Assembly: GCA_963828165.1 (NCBI GenBank)
Contig: CAWHDR010000001.1
Location: 268,775-332,774 of the forward strand
DNA length: 64,000 bases
Direction of reading: 5' to 3'
Origin: an uncultured Chloroflexia bacterium
GTDB taxonomy: Bacteria > Chloroflexota > Limnocylindria > Limnocylindrales > CSP1-4
In this document: positions 18,639 through 27,654 of the stretch, piece after piece
How the letters are laid out: every line of letters begins with the position of its first letter
How positions within the stretch are numbered: the stretch's first letter is position 1
Notes under the pieces: model-generated
What the model was told of the DNA's origin: nothing
The model's database searches: none
Seen by the model: the letters and a program-made list of their open reading frames with translations, nothing else
Program-made: the position numbers and the translations under genes

Positions 18639-19523
18639 ATGACCAGTGCCCTCGAACGCGGCCTCGCGCACGACGAACCCACCGAGCTGAGGGTCGTCGG
18701 CCGACGGCGCACCCGAGGCGGATCCAGGATCCTCCTGATCGCCAGCCTCGTCGCGATCGCGATCTTCTTCATCTTGCCGCTGGTCCTCGTGCTGTCCGCG
18801 TCACTCAAGTTCCAGGCCGAGGTCTTCACGGACACGGGGTTCATCCCGGCAGACCCCGGCCTCGAGAACTACGAGGCCCTGTTCGGCGGGAACGCCGAGT
18901 TCGGAAGCTGGTTCATCAACAGCGCCATCGTGGCGACGGTCGGGACCGTGCTCGTGCTGATCCTCACGTCGCTCTCGGCATACGCGTTCGCGCGCATCGA
19001 CTTCCCCGGCAAGGGCCCCCTGTTCGGGTTGCTCATCGTCACGCTGCTGCTGCCGGGCGTGATGTTCCTCGTCCCGCAGGTGAAGATCATCGGGGCGCTG
19101 GGCCTGTACGACACGCTGCCGGCCATGTTCCTGCCCGGACTCGCCGGGGTCTTCGGGCTGTTCTTCATGCGCCAATTCTTCCTGGGGCTGCCGCTCGAGT
19201 TGGAGGAGGCCGCCTACGTCGATGGCGCCGGTCGGCTGACGACGTTCCGCTCGGTGGCGCTGCCGCTGGCCGGCCCGGCGCTGGCCACGCTGGCGGTGAT
19301 CACGTTCCTCGCGTTCTGGAACGAATACCTCTGGCCGCTGATCATCTGCCAGGACAACTGCACGCTGCCGCCGGGCCTCAAGTCGCTGCAGCGCCAGTTC
19401 ACCGGCGATCCGGGTCTCGTCATGGCGGGCGCCGTGGTGGCGGCCGTGCCGGTGCTCATCCTGTACCTGATCCTGCAGCGCTACATCGTCCAGAGCGTGG
19501 CGTCCACCGGCATCAAGGGTTGA
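18639..19523 (+). CDS. carbohydrate ABC transporter permease (MalG-like)
   Basis: Six TM segments and an EAA loop (EEAAYVDGAGRLTTFRSVALP). The stop overlaps the GH2 start. Confidence 0.85.
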   Translation: MTSALERGLAHDEPTELRVVGRRRTRGGSRILLIASLVAIAIFFILPLVLVLSASLKFQAEVFTDTGFIPADPGLENYEALFGGNAEFGSWFINSAIVATVGTVLVLILTSLSAYAFARIDFPGKGPLFGLLIVTLLLPGVMFLVPQVKIIGALGLYDTLPAMFLPGLAGVFGLFFMRQFFLGLPLELEEAAYVDGAGRLTTFRSVALPLAGPALATLAVITFLAFWNEYLWPLIICQDNCTLPPGLKSLQRQFTGDPGLVMAGAVVAAVPVLILYLILQRYIVQSVASTGIKG

Positions 19524-22378
19524 TGTCGAGTCAGCGCGCCTCCATGCCCCTCGACGGGGAGTGGTCCTTCGTCGCGGATCCCGATGGACGGTACGACCCG
19601 CACCACCTGCCCGGGGGCCAGCCGATCTCGGTCCCGGGTTGCTGGGAGGCTCAGATCCCGGACCCGTATGGGATCGTCACAGCGTGGTTCAGTCGCACCT
19701 TCGAGGTCCCCGCCGCCTGGGACGCGGGCCGGCTCGTGATCCGTTTCGGCGCGGTCATGTACGCCTGCGAGGTGTTCCTCAACGGCGTCTCCATCGGCGG
19801 GCATGAAGGTGGCTACACCCCGTTCGAGCTCGAGGCTGGCCAGCAGGCGGTCCGTGGAGGCCCGAATCGCATCGACGTCCGGGTCACGAACCCGCTGAAC
19901 GTCATCGCGGACTACCCCGTCTTCCCGGAAGCCGACCTGCGCCCGCTCGAGGCGCTCGCTCCGGACATCCCGTTCGGTGAGATCCCGCACGGCAAGCAGA
20001 CCTGGTACTCGAGCCAGAGCGGCATCTGGCAATCGGTCGCGCTCGAATGGCGACCCGCGGTAGCGCTGCGGCCACTGCGGATCCGACCGGACGTGGCGGC
20101 CGCTCGAGCGATCATCGACTGGGGGCTCGATCCCGGCGGTGATGCCGCCCTGCCCGAGGGCGCCGTCATCAGCGTCGAGGTCGTCGGCCCCGACGGGGAG
20201 CCTGCCGGCTCGATCACCGCCGTGGCGAAGGGCGGGCGGGGGCACGGGGAGCTCCTGGTGGAGATTGCGAACCTGCGCCTCTGGGATATCGATCGACCGA
20301 ATCTCTACGTCGCGAGGGCGAGGCTGGAGGATGCCGCAGGCACGCCGATGGACGAGGTCTCTGCGCGGTTCGGGATGCGCGAGATCCGGACCGAACAGGG
20401 CCGGATCCTGCTGAACGGACGCCCGATCTACATCCTTGGCGCCCTCGACCAGGATCTCTATCCGGACACGATCTCGACCCCTCCGTCGCGGGCCTTCCTC
20501 GACGAGCAGATGCGCCGCACCCGGGAGATGGGCATCAACCTCCTGCGATGTCACATCAAGGTGCCCGATCCCGCGTATCTCGATGCGGCCGACGAGGCAG
20601 GTTTGCTCGTGTGGTGCGAGCTGCCGAACTGGCTGCGCTTCAGCCGGGGAGCCGCGCAGAGAGGTCGAGCGACCCTCAAGGCGATGGTCGAGGAGCTCGG
20701 CAACCATCCGTCGATCGTGGCCTGGACGATCATCAACGAGGACTGGGGCACCCGCGTGCGCCAGGAGGCACGCGATCGGCGGTGGCTCGCTCAGACCTAT
20801 GACTGGCTGAGAGCGCTCGACCCGAGCCGACTCATCGTCGATAACTCCGCCTGCGAGACCGCGGCCTGGCCCAACTTCCACGTTCGCAGCGACCTAGCCG
20901 ACTTCCACGTCTACTTCGCGGCGCCGGATCATGCGAGTCGGTGGCGTGCGCGGGTCGAGGAGTACGCCGGACGTCCGGCCTGGCTCTGGAGCCCCCACGG
21001 GGACGCGCGCCAGCGCGGCGACGAACCCCTCGTCCTGAGCGAGTTCGGCAGCTGGGGCCTACCTCGGCCGGAGCGACTCGTGGGTGAGGCCGGACGGCCG
21101 CCGTGGTGGTACAGGACCGGCCGGAGCTACTTCCGTCCAAGCGGAATGTCCGAGCGCTTCGAGCGCAGCGGCCTCGAGCGGATCTGGACGTCGGTCGGGG
21201 AGATGGCGGATGCCACCCAGTGGCACCAGTTCGAGGCGCTCCAGTACGAGATCGGCGAGCTTCGGCGACACGACACCATCCAGGGTTATGTCGTCACGGA
21301 GCTGTGCGACGCGAACTGGGAGGCGAACGGGCTGCTCGACGAGCGGCGGGGACCGAAGGTCTTCCACGATCGGCTGCAAGATCTCCATGCGCCCGACGTG
21401 GTCGTCGCCGACCTCGACCGACGCGACTATCAGGGCGGCGATCAGATCAGCGCGGAGGTGACCCTGTCGTCGTACGGTGAGCCGGCTGGCGGCGGGACGC
21501 TCACGTGGTGGTTGGACGGTCACGGACTGAGCGGCGAACGAACGAGCTCCACCATCGGGGCGTGGCCCGAGGGCGGGGCTCGCGTGGTCGGCCGGATCGA
21601 CGTGGCGACGCCGCACGTCGAAGCGGCCCGCGACGCCATCCTCCACGTGGTCGCCAGCGACGACGCCGGCCGGGAACGCGCCTGCACTGCCTACGGCATC
21701 GCCCTCGTGCCGGCTCCCGGCCGGCTCGGAGAACGGCTCGACGTCGCGATCCACGATCCGAACGGGTTGTGGGACGTGGAGGGCCTGATCGCTACCCTGG
21801 GCCACCGCCGTGCGGGGCGCCATGCCGCGGGAATCGTGGTCACGACCGAGCTGGACCGCGACCTCCTCGAGCATGTCGAGCGAGGCGGGCGTGCCCTCCT
21901 CCTCGCCCGGAGCCGTGACGCCATCGCGCCGGGTCTCGAGCTCGCGCGCCCGCTCGCCATCCACCCACGCAATCTCCCGCATGAGGACTGGGCCGACGAG
22001 CGCAACCCGTGGGACGGCGACTGGGTGACCACCTGGAGCTGGATCCGCCACGACATCCTGCCGGGTCTTCCCGAACGAGCGCCCCTGGACTTCGCCTACC
22101 AGGAGGTCATGCCCGATCACGTCATCGCCGGCTACGACCCGGAACGCGACGGCGACGAGGTCGCCGCCGGGATATTCGCGGGCTGGGTGCACGCCCCCGC
22201 GGCGCTCGCCTGGACGTTCCCGCAAGGAGCGGGCTCGCTGACCGTGACGACCTTCCGGGTAGCGCCCGAATCGGGCCCGGTCGCCTCGCTCCTCCTCGAT
22301 CGTCTCGTGCGTCACGCTGCGGGAGCGCCGCTGACCGAGCGCGGCGCGCTGGCCAGCGCGCAGGTGCCGCCGGCCTGA
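19520..22378 (+). CDS. glycoside hydrolase family 2 (beta-galactosidase/beta-mannosidase-like)
   Basis: GH2 sugar-binding domain, an Ig-like domain and the TIM-barrel signature (NHPSIVAWTIINE, WCELPNW). 952 aa. TGATG overlap with the next gene. Confidence 0.75.
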   Translation: MMSSQRASMPLDGEWSFVADPDGRYDPHHLPGGQPISVPGCWEAQIPDPYGIVTAWFSRTFEVPAAWDAGRLVIRFGAVMYACEVFLNGVSIGGHEGGYTPFELEAGQQAVRGGPNRIDVRVTNPLNVIADYPVFPEADLRPLEALAPDIPFGEIPHGKQTWYSSQSGIWQSVALEWRPAVALRPLRIRPDVAAARAIIDWGLDPGGDAALPEGAVISVEVVGPDGEPAGSITAVAKGGRGHGELLVEIANLRLWDIDRPNLYVARARLEDAAGTPMDEVSARFGMREIRTEQGRILLNGRPIYILGALDQDLYPDTISTPPSRAFLDEQMRRTREMGINLLRCHIKVPDPAYLDAADEAGLLVWCELPNWLRFSRGAAQRGRATLKAMVEELGNHPSIVAWTIINEDWGTRVRQEARDRRWLAQTYDWLRALDPSRLIVDNSACETAAWPNFHVRSDLADFHVYFAAPDHASRWRARVEEYAGRPAWLWSPHGDARQRGDEPLVLSEFGSWGLPRPERLVGEAGRPPWWYRTGRSYFRPSGMSERFERSGLERIWTSVGEMADATQWHQFEALQYEIGELRRHDTIQGYVVTELCDANWEANGLLDERRGPKVFHDRLQDLHAPDVVVADLDRRDYQGGDQISAEVTLSSYGEPAGGGTLTWWLDGHGLSGERTSSTIGAWPEGGARVVGRIDVATPHVEAARDAILHVVASDDAGRERACTAYGIALVPAPGRLGERLDVAIHDPNGLWDVEGLIATLGHRRAGRHAAGIVVTTELDRDLLEHVERGGRALLLARSRDAIAPGLELARPLAIHPRNLPHEDWADERNPWDGDWVTTWSWIRHDILPGLPERAPLDFAYQEVMPDHVIAGYDPERDGDEVAAGIFAGWVHAPAALAWTFPQGAGSLTVTTFRVAPESGPVASLLLDRLVRHAAGAPLTERGALASAQVPPA

Positions 22379-23505
22379 TGCGAGTGGGTATGAGGACGCT
22401 CGCCGTGCTGCTTATGGCTGCCGTCGCTGCGTGCGCGGAGCCGGGCGCGACCGGCCTGGGCTCGCCGTCCGGCTCGGGATCGCGGGCACCCGGGAGCGGC
22501 TCGACCACGCCCACGTCGAGCGCCCCGTCGTCGCCCGCCGTGAGCCCGACGGTTCCCGAAGGTCAGTTCATCAACCCGGTGATCGACCGAAACTTCGCCG
22601 ATCCTTTCGTGCTCGAAGTCGACGGCACGTACTACGCGTACGCGACCGGCAACCTGACCTACAACATCCAGGTCACGACCTCGACCGACCTCGTCCATTG
22701 GGAGCGCGCCCGCGAAGCGTTGCCACGGCTGCCCCTCTGGCAGCCCACCTCCAAGGGCCTGACCTGGGCCCCGGAGGTGACTGAGACGGATGCGGGGTTC
22801 GTCATGCACTACACCGGCCGCGATGTCCAGGCCGGAATGCAATGCCTGGGCGTGGCCACCGCAGTCGATCCGACGGGGCCGTTCGTGGACGAGAGCAACG
22901 GACCGCTCCTCTGCCAGCACGACCTCGGCGGATCCATCGATTCGAGTCCCTTCCTGGACGCCGACGGCACGCGTTACCTGCTGTGGAAGAGCGATGGGAA
23001 CTGCTGCGGGATCCCGGTCCGCATGTTCATCTCGGAATTGGCCGCTGACGGCAGGACGCTCGTGGGCGAGCCGACAGATCTCGGGCTGGCGGTCGACGCT
23101 CCGTGGGAACGGAATCTGATCGAGGCACCGACCCTCCTCTTCCACGACGGGACCTACCACCTGTTCTTCTCGGCCAACGACTACGGGAGCCGGAACTACG
23201 CCGCGGGCTACGCAACCTCCGCGAAGGTGCGCGGCCCGTACGTCGACGCCGATGAGAACCCGATCCTGTCTACGGACATCCCGGTCGGCACCGCCGGCCT
23301 CCCAGCGGGTCCCGGTCATCAATCGATCATCGCCGACGGCGCCGGGGACCTGTGGATCGTCTATCACGCCTGGGACAGCGGGCTGATCGGCGACTCGATC
23401 GGGGGACGACGGAGCATGTGGATCGACGAGCTCGTGTTCGAGGACGGCCGGCCCGTGGTGAAGGGGCCGGACGTCGGGCCTCAGCCGGTGCCGGCGCCCC
23501 CGTGA
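22378..23505 (+). CDS. glycoside hydrolase family 43 lipoprotein (beta-xylosidase/alpha-L-arabinofuranosidase-like)
   Basis: ATG at 22378 overlaps the GH2 stop. Lipobox (LLMAAVAAC). GH43 motifs (DPFVLEVDGTYYAY, WAPEV, GTYHLFFSAND). Confidence 0.75.
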   Translation: MRVGMRTLAVLLMAAVAACAEPGATGLGSPSGSGSRAPGSGSTTPTSSAPSSPAVSPTVPEGQFINPVIDRNFADPFVLEVDGTYYAYATGNLTYNIQVTTSTDLVHWERAREALPRLPLWQPTSKGLTWAPEVTETDAGFVMHYTGRDVQAGMQCLGVATAVDPTGPFVDESNGPLLCQHDLGGSIDSSPFLDADGTRYLLWKSDGNCCGIPVRMFISELAADGRTLVGEPTDLGLAVDAPWERNLIEAPTLLFHDGTYHLFFSANDYGSRNYAAGYATSAKVRGPYVDADENPILSTDIPVGTAGLPAGPGHQSIIADGAGDLWIVYHAWDSGLIGDSIGGRRSMWIDELVFEDGRPVVKGPDVGPQPVPAPP

Positions 23506-24773
23506 GGATCGTCCCGGCCAGCCGGCGCCGCTCGATGGGATGCCAGCGGTCGAGGCTCGGGACCGGCCGGAAACGGCTCCAGAACGCCGTCCAGCCCCGC
23601 ACGGGCGAGGGCACGGTAGCGCTCGCCCACCGGATGCGGGCGGCGGTCGAGATCCACGAGCCCGCAGGCGTTAGGCCGGTCGTTCACCTCCCGCAGGGCG
23701 GTGTCCCAGTCGACGTGGTCGACGAACCCATACCAGCACACACCGCGGATGGGCAGCCCTTCTGCGCGAAGCACCAGCGCCTCGTTCCAAACCGTGGCCA
23801 GCCAGGCCTCGGCCGCGGGGCCCTCCATGTTCGTTTCGCTCAACATGAAGGGCAACCCGAAGTGGGCGTGATAGGCGCGCGCCTGGGCGGCATAGCCCCG
23901 GGGCTCCTCGCGGAGCTGGGCGGAACCGTCCGCCCCGATGAGCCACTCGTTCCCGGCGTAGAAGTCGTGACCGACGATGCAGCTATCGCTGGAGCCGTTC
24001 TCGGCGTACCAGGCGAGTCGCTCCTCCCCCATCCCGTTCGCTCGCAGCCAAATCGTCACGAGCTCGCCGGGTCGACGGCCGTACGTCAGGTCCCAGGCCA
24101 CGAACCGGAGCTCGTTGAGGTACTGCGCCTGCTGCCTCGCCTCAGGAACCGCCGGCTCATATCCCTCACAGGTGTCGCTCTGCACAAAGACCGCGTCGGG
24201 GCGTCGCGCGCGGATCGCGGCCATCGCGAGCACGGCGGAGGTCGCCGCCCCATCGATGGCCGCGACGAAGCTCGCATCGTCCGTACGACGCTCGTTCCAC
24301 CATCCGAGCTGGGCCGAGAAGCGGGCGCTGATCAATGGCTCGTTGACCGGCGTGTAGTAGCGGACCCACGGATAGCGATGGGCGAAGCGGTCCGCGAAGG
24401 ACGCGAACCGGGATGGCAGCCCTGGGTCGCCGAAGCCCCAGAGGTCATCGGGCAGGCCGAAGTGGAGCAGGTCGACGATGGGCTCGATCCCGTTGGCCTG
24501 CAATGCCGACATGGCTCGGTCCGTCCAGCGCCAGTCCAGCCGCCCGGGAATTGCGGCGATGACGTGGAACGGGATCCCGTAGCGCAGGTATCGGATCCCG
24601 AACTCGGCGACGAGCGCGAGGTCCGCCTCGACTCTGTCGTCGTGCCCGGTCTTGCGCAGCTCGTCCTGGCGGATCCCACCTTCGATCAGTGGCGCCGAGC
24701 ATTCGATCCCCGAGGCGATGACGAAGCCTCGATCCAGCTCCAGCGTGAGCGCGTCCCCGGCGGCGATGGACAT
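23481..24773 (-). CDS. GH1-like (family 1 beta-glycosidase-related) TIM-barrel hydrolase
   Basis: Start trimmed to ATG 24773 (MSIAAGDALTLE...). GH1-like features (IRYLRYGIPF, TPVNEP, LSETNMEG). Convergent with the GH43 gene with a 25-bp overlap. Confidence 0.55.
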   Translation of the reverse strand: MSIAAGDALTLELDRGFVIASGIECSAPLIEGGIRQDELRKTGHDDRVEADLALVAEFGIRYLRYGIPFHVIAAIPGRLDWRWTDRAMSALQANGIEPIVDLLHFGLPDDLWGFGDPGLPSRFASFADRFAHRYPWVRYYTPVNEPLISARFSAQLGWWNERRTDDASFVAAIDGAATSAVLAMAAIRARRPDAVFVQSDTCEGYEPAVPEARQQAQYLNELRFVAWDLTYGRRPGELVTIWLRANGMGEERLAWYAENGSSDSCIVGHDFYAGNEWLIGADGSAQLREEPRGYAAQARAYHAHFGLPFMLSETNMEGPAAEAWLATVWNEALVLRAEGLPIRGVCWYGFVDHVDWDTALREVNDRPNACGLVDLDRRPHPVGERYRALARAGLDGVLEPFPAGPEPRPLASHRAAPAGRDDPHGGAGTG

Positions 24774-24879
24774 CGTTTCCTCATGACGGCCGTCGCGCGC
24801 GACGGTCGTCGCTCGCTCCGTGGAATGATGCGGCAACCGCAGGCTCCGGACGTGCCGGCGGGCCTGCCACGGGACGCCG

Positions 24880-26094
24880 ATGCGTAGCCAAGGACCCAGC
24901 CCAGTGGCAGGGGACCTCCATCCGTCGGCGCTGCGGGCGGCACTCGTCGAGCGCGAGCCTGCCGCGGCCCGCGACCCGGATGCCGTAGAGATCGTCCGCG
25001 CTCCGGGTCGTGTGAACCTCATCGGTGAGCACACCGACTACAACGAAGGCTTCGTGCTGCCGGCCGCGATCGACCTCGAGATCCGGCTGGCCCTCATCCC
25101 GACGAGCGATCGGCGGGTCGAGATCACGGTCCTCGCCGATGGGACGACGAGCGGCTTCGATCTCGACGCGATCCCAGCGCGCCGGGGACACGGCATCGAC
25201 TACGTCGCAGGCGTGGCGTGGTCGCTGGCCACGGCAGGGCTGCCGTTGCGTGGCTTCCGGGCCGTCCTCGCCAGCAATCTGCCGATGTCGGCGGGTCTGT
25301 CATCGTCGGCGGCGCTCGAGTTGGCGAGCGCCTGGGCCCTGCTGGAGCCGTCGGCGAGGCCGGTCACCGCGGCAGACCGGATGCAACTCGCTCAGCTGGC
25401 TCAGAAGGCAGAGAACGAGTTCGTAGGCGTGCGCAGCGGCCTGATGGACCAGTTCGCCTCGTCGCTCGGCCGACCGGGGACGGCGATGCTGCTGGACTGC
25501 CGATCGCTTGAGTGGCGGGCGGTCGCATTGCCCCTCGAGGGTCTGGCCCTCGTGATCTGCGACAGTTCGGCTCCCCGGGATCTCGTTGCGTCCGAATACA
25601 ACGCACGGCGAGCGCAATGCGAGCAGGCGGTCGCGATCATCGCTTCGATCGTTCCCGGCGTGCGTTCCCTGCGCGACGTCGATGAAGGCATCCTCGCGCG
25701 GACCTCAAACCGGCTGGATGACGAGACGCGACGCCGGGTCGAACACGTCATCAGGGAGAACACGCGGGTCGTGGAATGCGTCGCAGCCCTCGAAGCTGGC
25801 AATCTCGCGGTCGTCGGTCGGCTGTTCGCCGAGAGCCATCGTTCGCTGCGCGACCTGTATGAGGTCAGTTCGCCCGCCCTCGATGCGCTCGTCGAGATCG
25901 CCTCCGCGGCTACCGGCACCGTCGCCGCCCGGATGACCGGCGCCGGCTTCGGTGGCTGCACGATCAACCTGGTGGCCCGCGACGCCGTGGATGAGTTCCG
26001 CGAAACCATCTCCCGCGACTACCCAGCCAGAACCGGCCTCCATGCCCGGGTGTTCACCGTCGAGCCGGCGGCCGGGGCAGGCTTGCTGCCGTGA
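24880..26094 (+). CDS. galK: galactokinase (GHMP kinase)
   Basis: GalK signature (RAPGRVNLIGEHTDYNEGFVLPAAID) and the GHMP ATP motif (PMSAGLSSSAALE). The start may be downstream of the called Met. Confidence 0.85.
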   Translation: MRSQGPSPVAGDLHPSALRAALVEREPAAARDPDAVEIVRAPGRVNLIGEHTDYNEGFVLPAAIDLEIRLALIPTSDRRVEITVLADGTTSGFDLDAIPARRGHGIDYVAGVAWSLATAGLPLRGFRAVLASNLPMSAGLSSSAALELASAWALLEPSARPVTAADRMQLAQLAQKAENEFVGVRSGLMDQFASSLGRPGTAMLLDCRSLEWRAVALPLEGLALVICDSSAPRDLVASEYNARRAQCEQAVAIIASIVPGVRSLRDVDEGILARTSNRLDDETRRRVEHVIRENTRVVECVAALEAGNLAVVGRLFAESHRSLRDLYEVSSPALDALVEIASAATGTVAARMTGAGFGGCTINLVARDAVDEFRETISRDYPARTGLHARVFTVEPAAGAGLLP

Positions 26095-26114
26095 CCATTC
26101 CGGAGCCGGACGGG

Positions 26115-26438
26115 TCAGGGCTCCTTGTGTCGCCGCTCTGCCTCCGTCTCGGTCGCGGTCGCGGTCGGCTTGGCTCGCGGGGTGGCCAGGCTCCAGACGA
26201 ACGATGCGAGGCGTTCTTCGGTCTCCAGCGCTGACTCGTATTCCGAGGTCCCCCGGACGAGGCGCTGCCGCTGCACCGAGGCGTCGGTCAAGGCCCCGAT
26301 CTGCCTCTGGATCTGGTCGGCGTCGATCGCCGCCTCGAGACCCGAGTCATCGCTGTTGTCCACTCTGGAATCATCGGGTGTAGGCCCATCGAGAGCTGAG
26401 GATGAAATCCCGCTTGCGGGGTCACAGGTCCGTAGCAA
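26115..26438 (-). CDS. hypothetical acidic protein (doubtful)
   Basis: ORF in the 520-bp gap between galK and the M24 peptidase. No recognisable motif. Confidence 0.2.
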   Translation of the reverse strand: MLRTCDPASGISSSALDGPTPDDSRVDNSDDSGLEAAIDADQIQRQIGALTDASVQRQRLVRGTSEYESALETEERLASFVWSLATPRAKPTATATETEAERRHKEP

Positions 26439-26619
26439 TGGCGGGCGAAAACGTCACGGTGACACTGACATCTTCTCGGGACTGACAGTCCTGGGCATTC
26501 ACGAGCGATAGGGTGACCCACGACCCCCAAGGATCGGCCGGCTGGGCGAAGGCTGTCGATTGCCGCCAACCGAGGGCCAAAAAAAGCGGCAGGCAGCGCC
26601 AGCGCCCTAGACTGGGCGC

Positions 26620-27654
26620 TTGAGCGGATCGGATCGGCTGGTGGATCGCGCGGACGAACATCGAGCGCGCCTGGCCAGCCTGTGGGCGCTGCTCGACCGA
26701 CGACGTACGGCGGCCGCCCTGCTGACGACTCGCCGGAACTTCGCGTGGCTCACGGTCGGCGGGATCGGTCACGTCCTGCAGTCAGTGGACACGTCGATCG
26801 CGGCCATCCTCGTGACTCGAGGCGACACCGTCGTCATCACCCAGAACATCGAGGCATCTCGGCTCGCCGAGGAAGAGCTCGGGGGTCTCGACGTCGAAGT
26901 GGTGGCCGTCCCCTGGTGGGAACCCGGAGCGATCGAGGCCGAGGCCGTTCGCCGCCTGGGAGCGGGCGTTCGTACGGCGAGCGACGCCGATCTCGAAATC
27001 GAGCTGTCGCGGATCCGCAGTGTGCTCTCCCCCATCGACCGCGATCGCCTTGCTGATCTCGGCCGGATCGCGGGCGACGCGACCGGCGCAGCCCTCGCGG
27101 CGATCCGACCCGGCATGTCCGAGGACGACGTGGTCGCCGAACTGCTGGCCCGCCTGCCGGGTGTCCGAGTTCCCGTCGTGCTCGCCGCCGCGGACGAGCG
27201 CATCGCGAGGTACCGTCACCCGGTGCCGGGCGAGACGCAGATCCGCACCCGGTTGATGCTCGTCCTGGTCGCCGAACGATGGGGCCTCCATGTTGCCCTC
27301 ACCCGGATCCGTGAGCTGGAGGCTCCCACCGGAGACCTCGCCCGACGGATCGAGGCGGTCCGCGCTGTGCAAACGGCCATGCATGCCGCGACCCGACCGG
27401 GCGCGACATTCGGGGAGGTGTTCGAGGTCGCCCAGTCGGCGTACGCGGCCAGCGGGTTCCCGGACGAATGGCGCGACCATCACCAGGGCGGCTCGATCGG
27501 GTATCAGCCGCGCGAACGGGTCGCACTCCCAGACGACCAGACCACCATCGAAACGGGGATGGCGTTTGCCTGGAACCCGTCCGTTGCGGGGGCGAAGGCG
27601 GAGGACACGATCGTCATCGCGGACGAGGCGACGCGGACGGTGACCCACGGGTGA
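26620..27654 (+). CDS. M24-family metallopeptidase (Xaa-Pro aminopeptidase/creatinase-like)
   Basis: Creatinase_N-like N-domain and the pita-bread fold with metal ligands in the C-terminal half (HHQGGSIGY...E). The stop overlaps the GTG start of the next gene. Confidence 0.7.
   Translation: MSGSDRLVDRADEHRARLASLWALLDRRRTAAALLTTRRNFAWLTVGGIGHVLQSVDTSIAAILVTRGDTVVITQNIEASRLAEEELGGLDVEVVAVPWWEPGAIEAEAVRRLGAGVRTASDADLEIELSRIRSVLSPIDRDRLADLGRIAGDATGAALAAIRPGMSEDDVVAELLARLPGVRVPVVLAAADERIARYRHPVPGETQIRTRLMLVLVAERWGLHVALTRIRELEAPTGDLARRIEAVRAVQTAMHAATRPGATFGEVFEVAQSAYAASGFPDEWRDHHQGGSIGYQPRERVALPDDQTTIETGMAFAWNPSVAGAKAEDTIVIADEATRTVTHG

Noticed and set aside
26125-26511. 128-aa plus-strand ORF in the galK-M24 gap
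   Set aside because: No RBS or motifs. It overlaps the equally weak minus-strand ORF. The region is more likely regulatory or non-coding.
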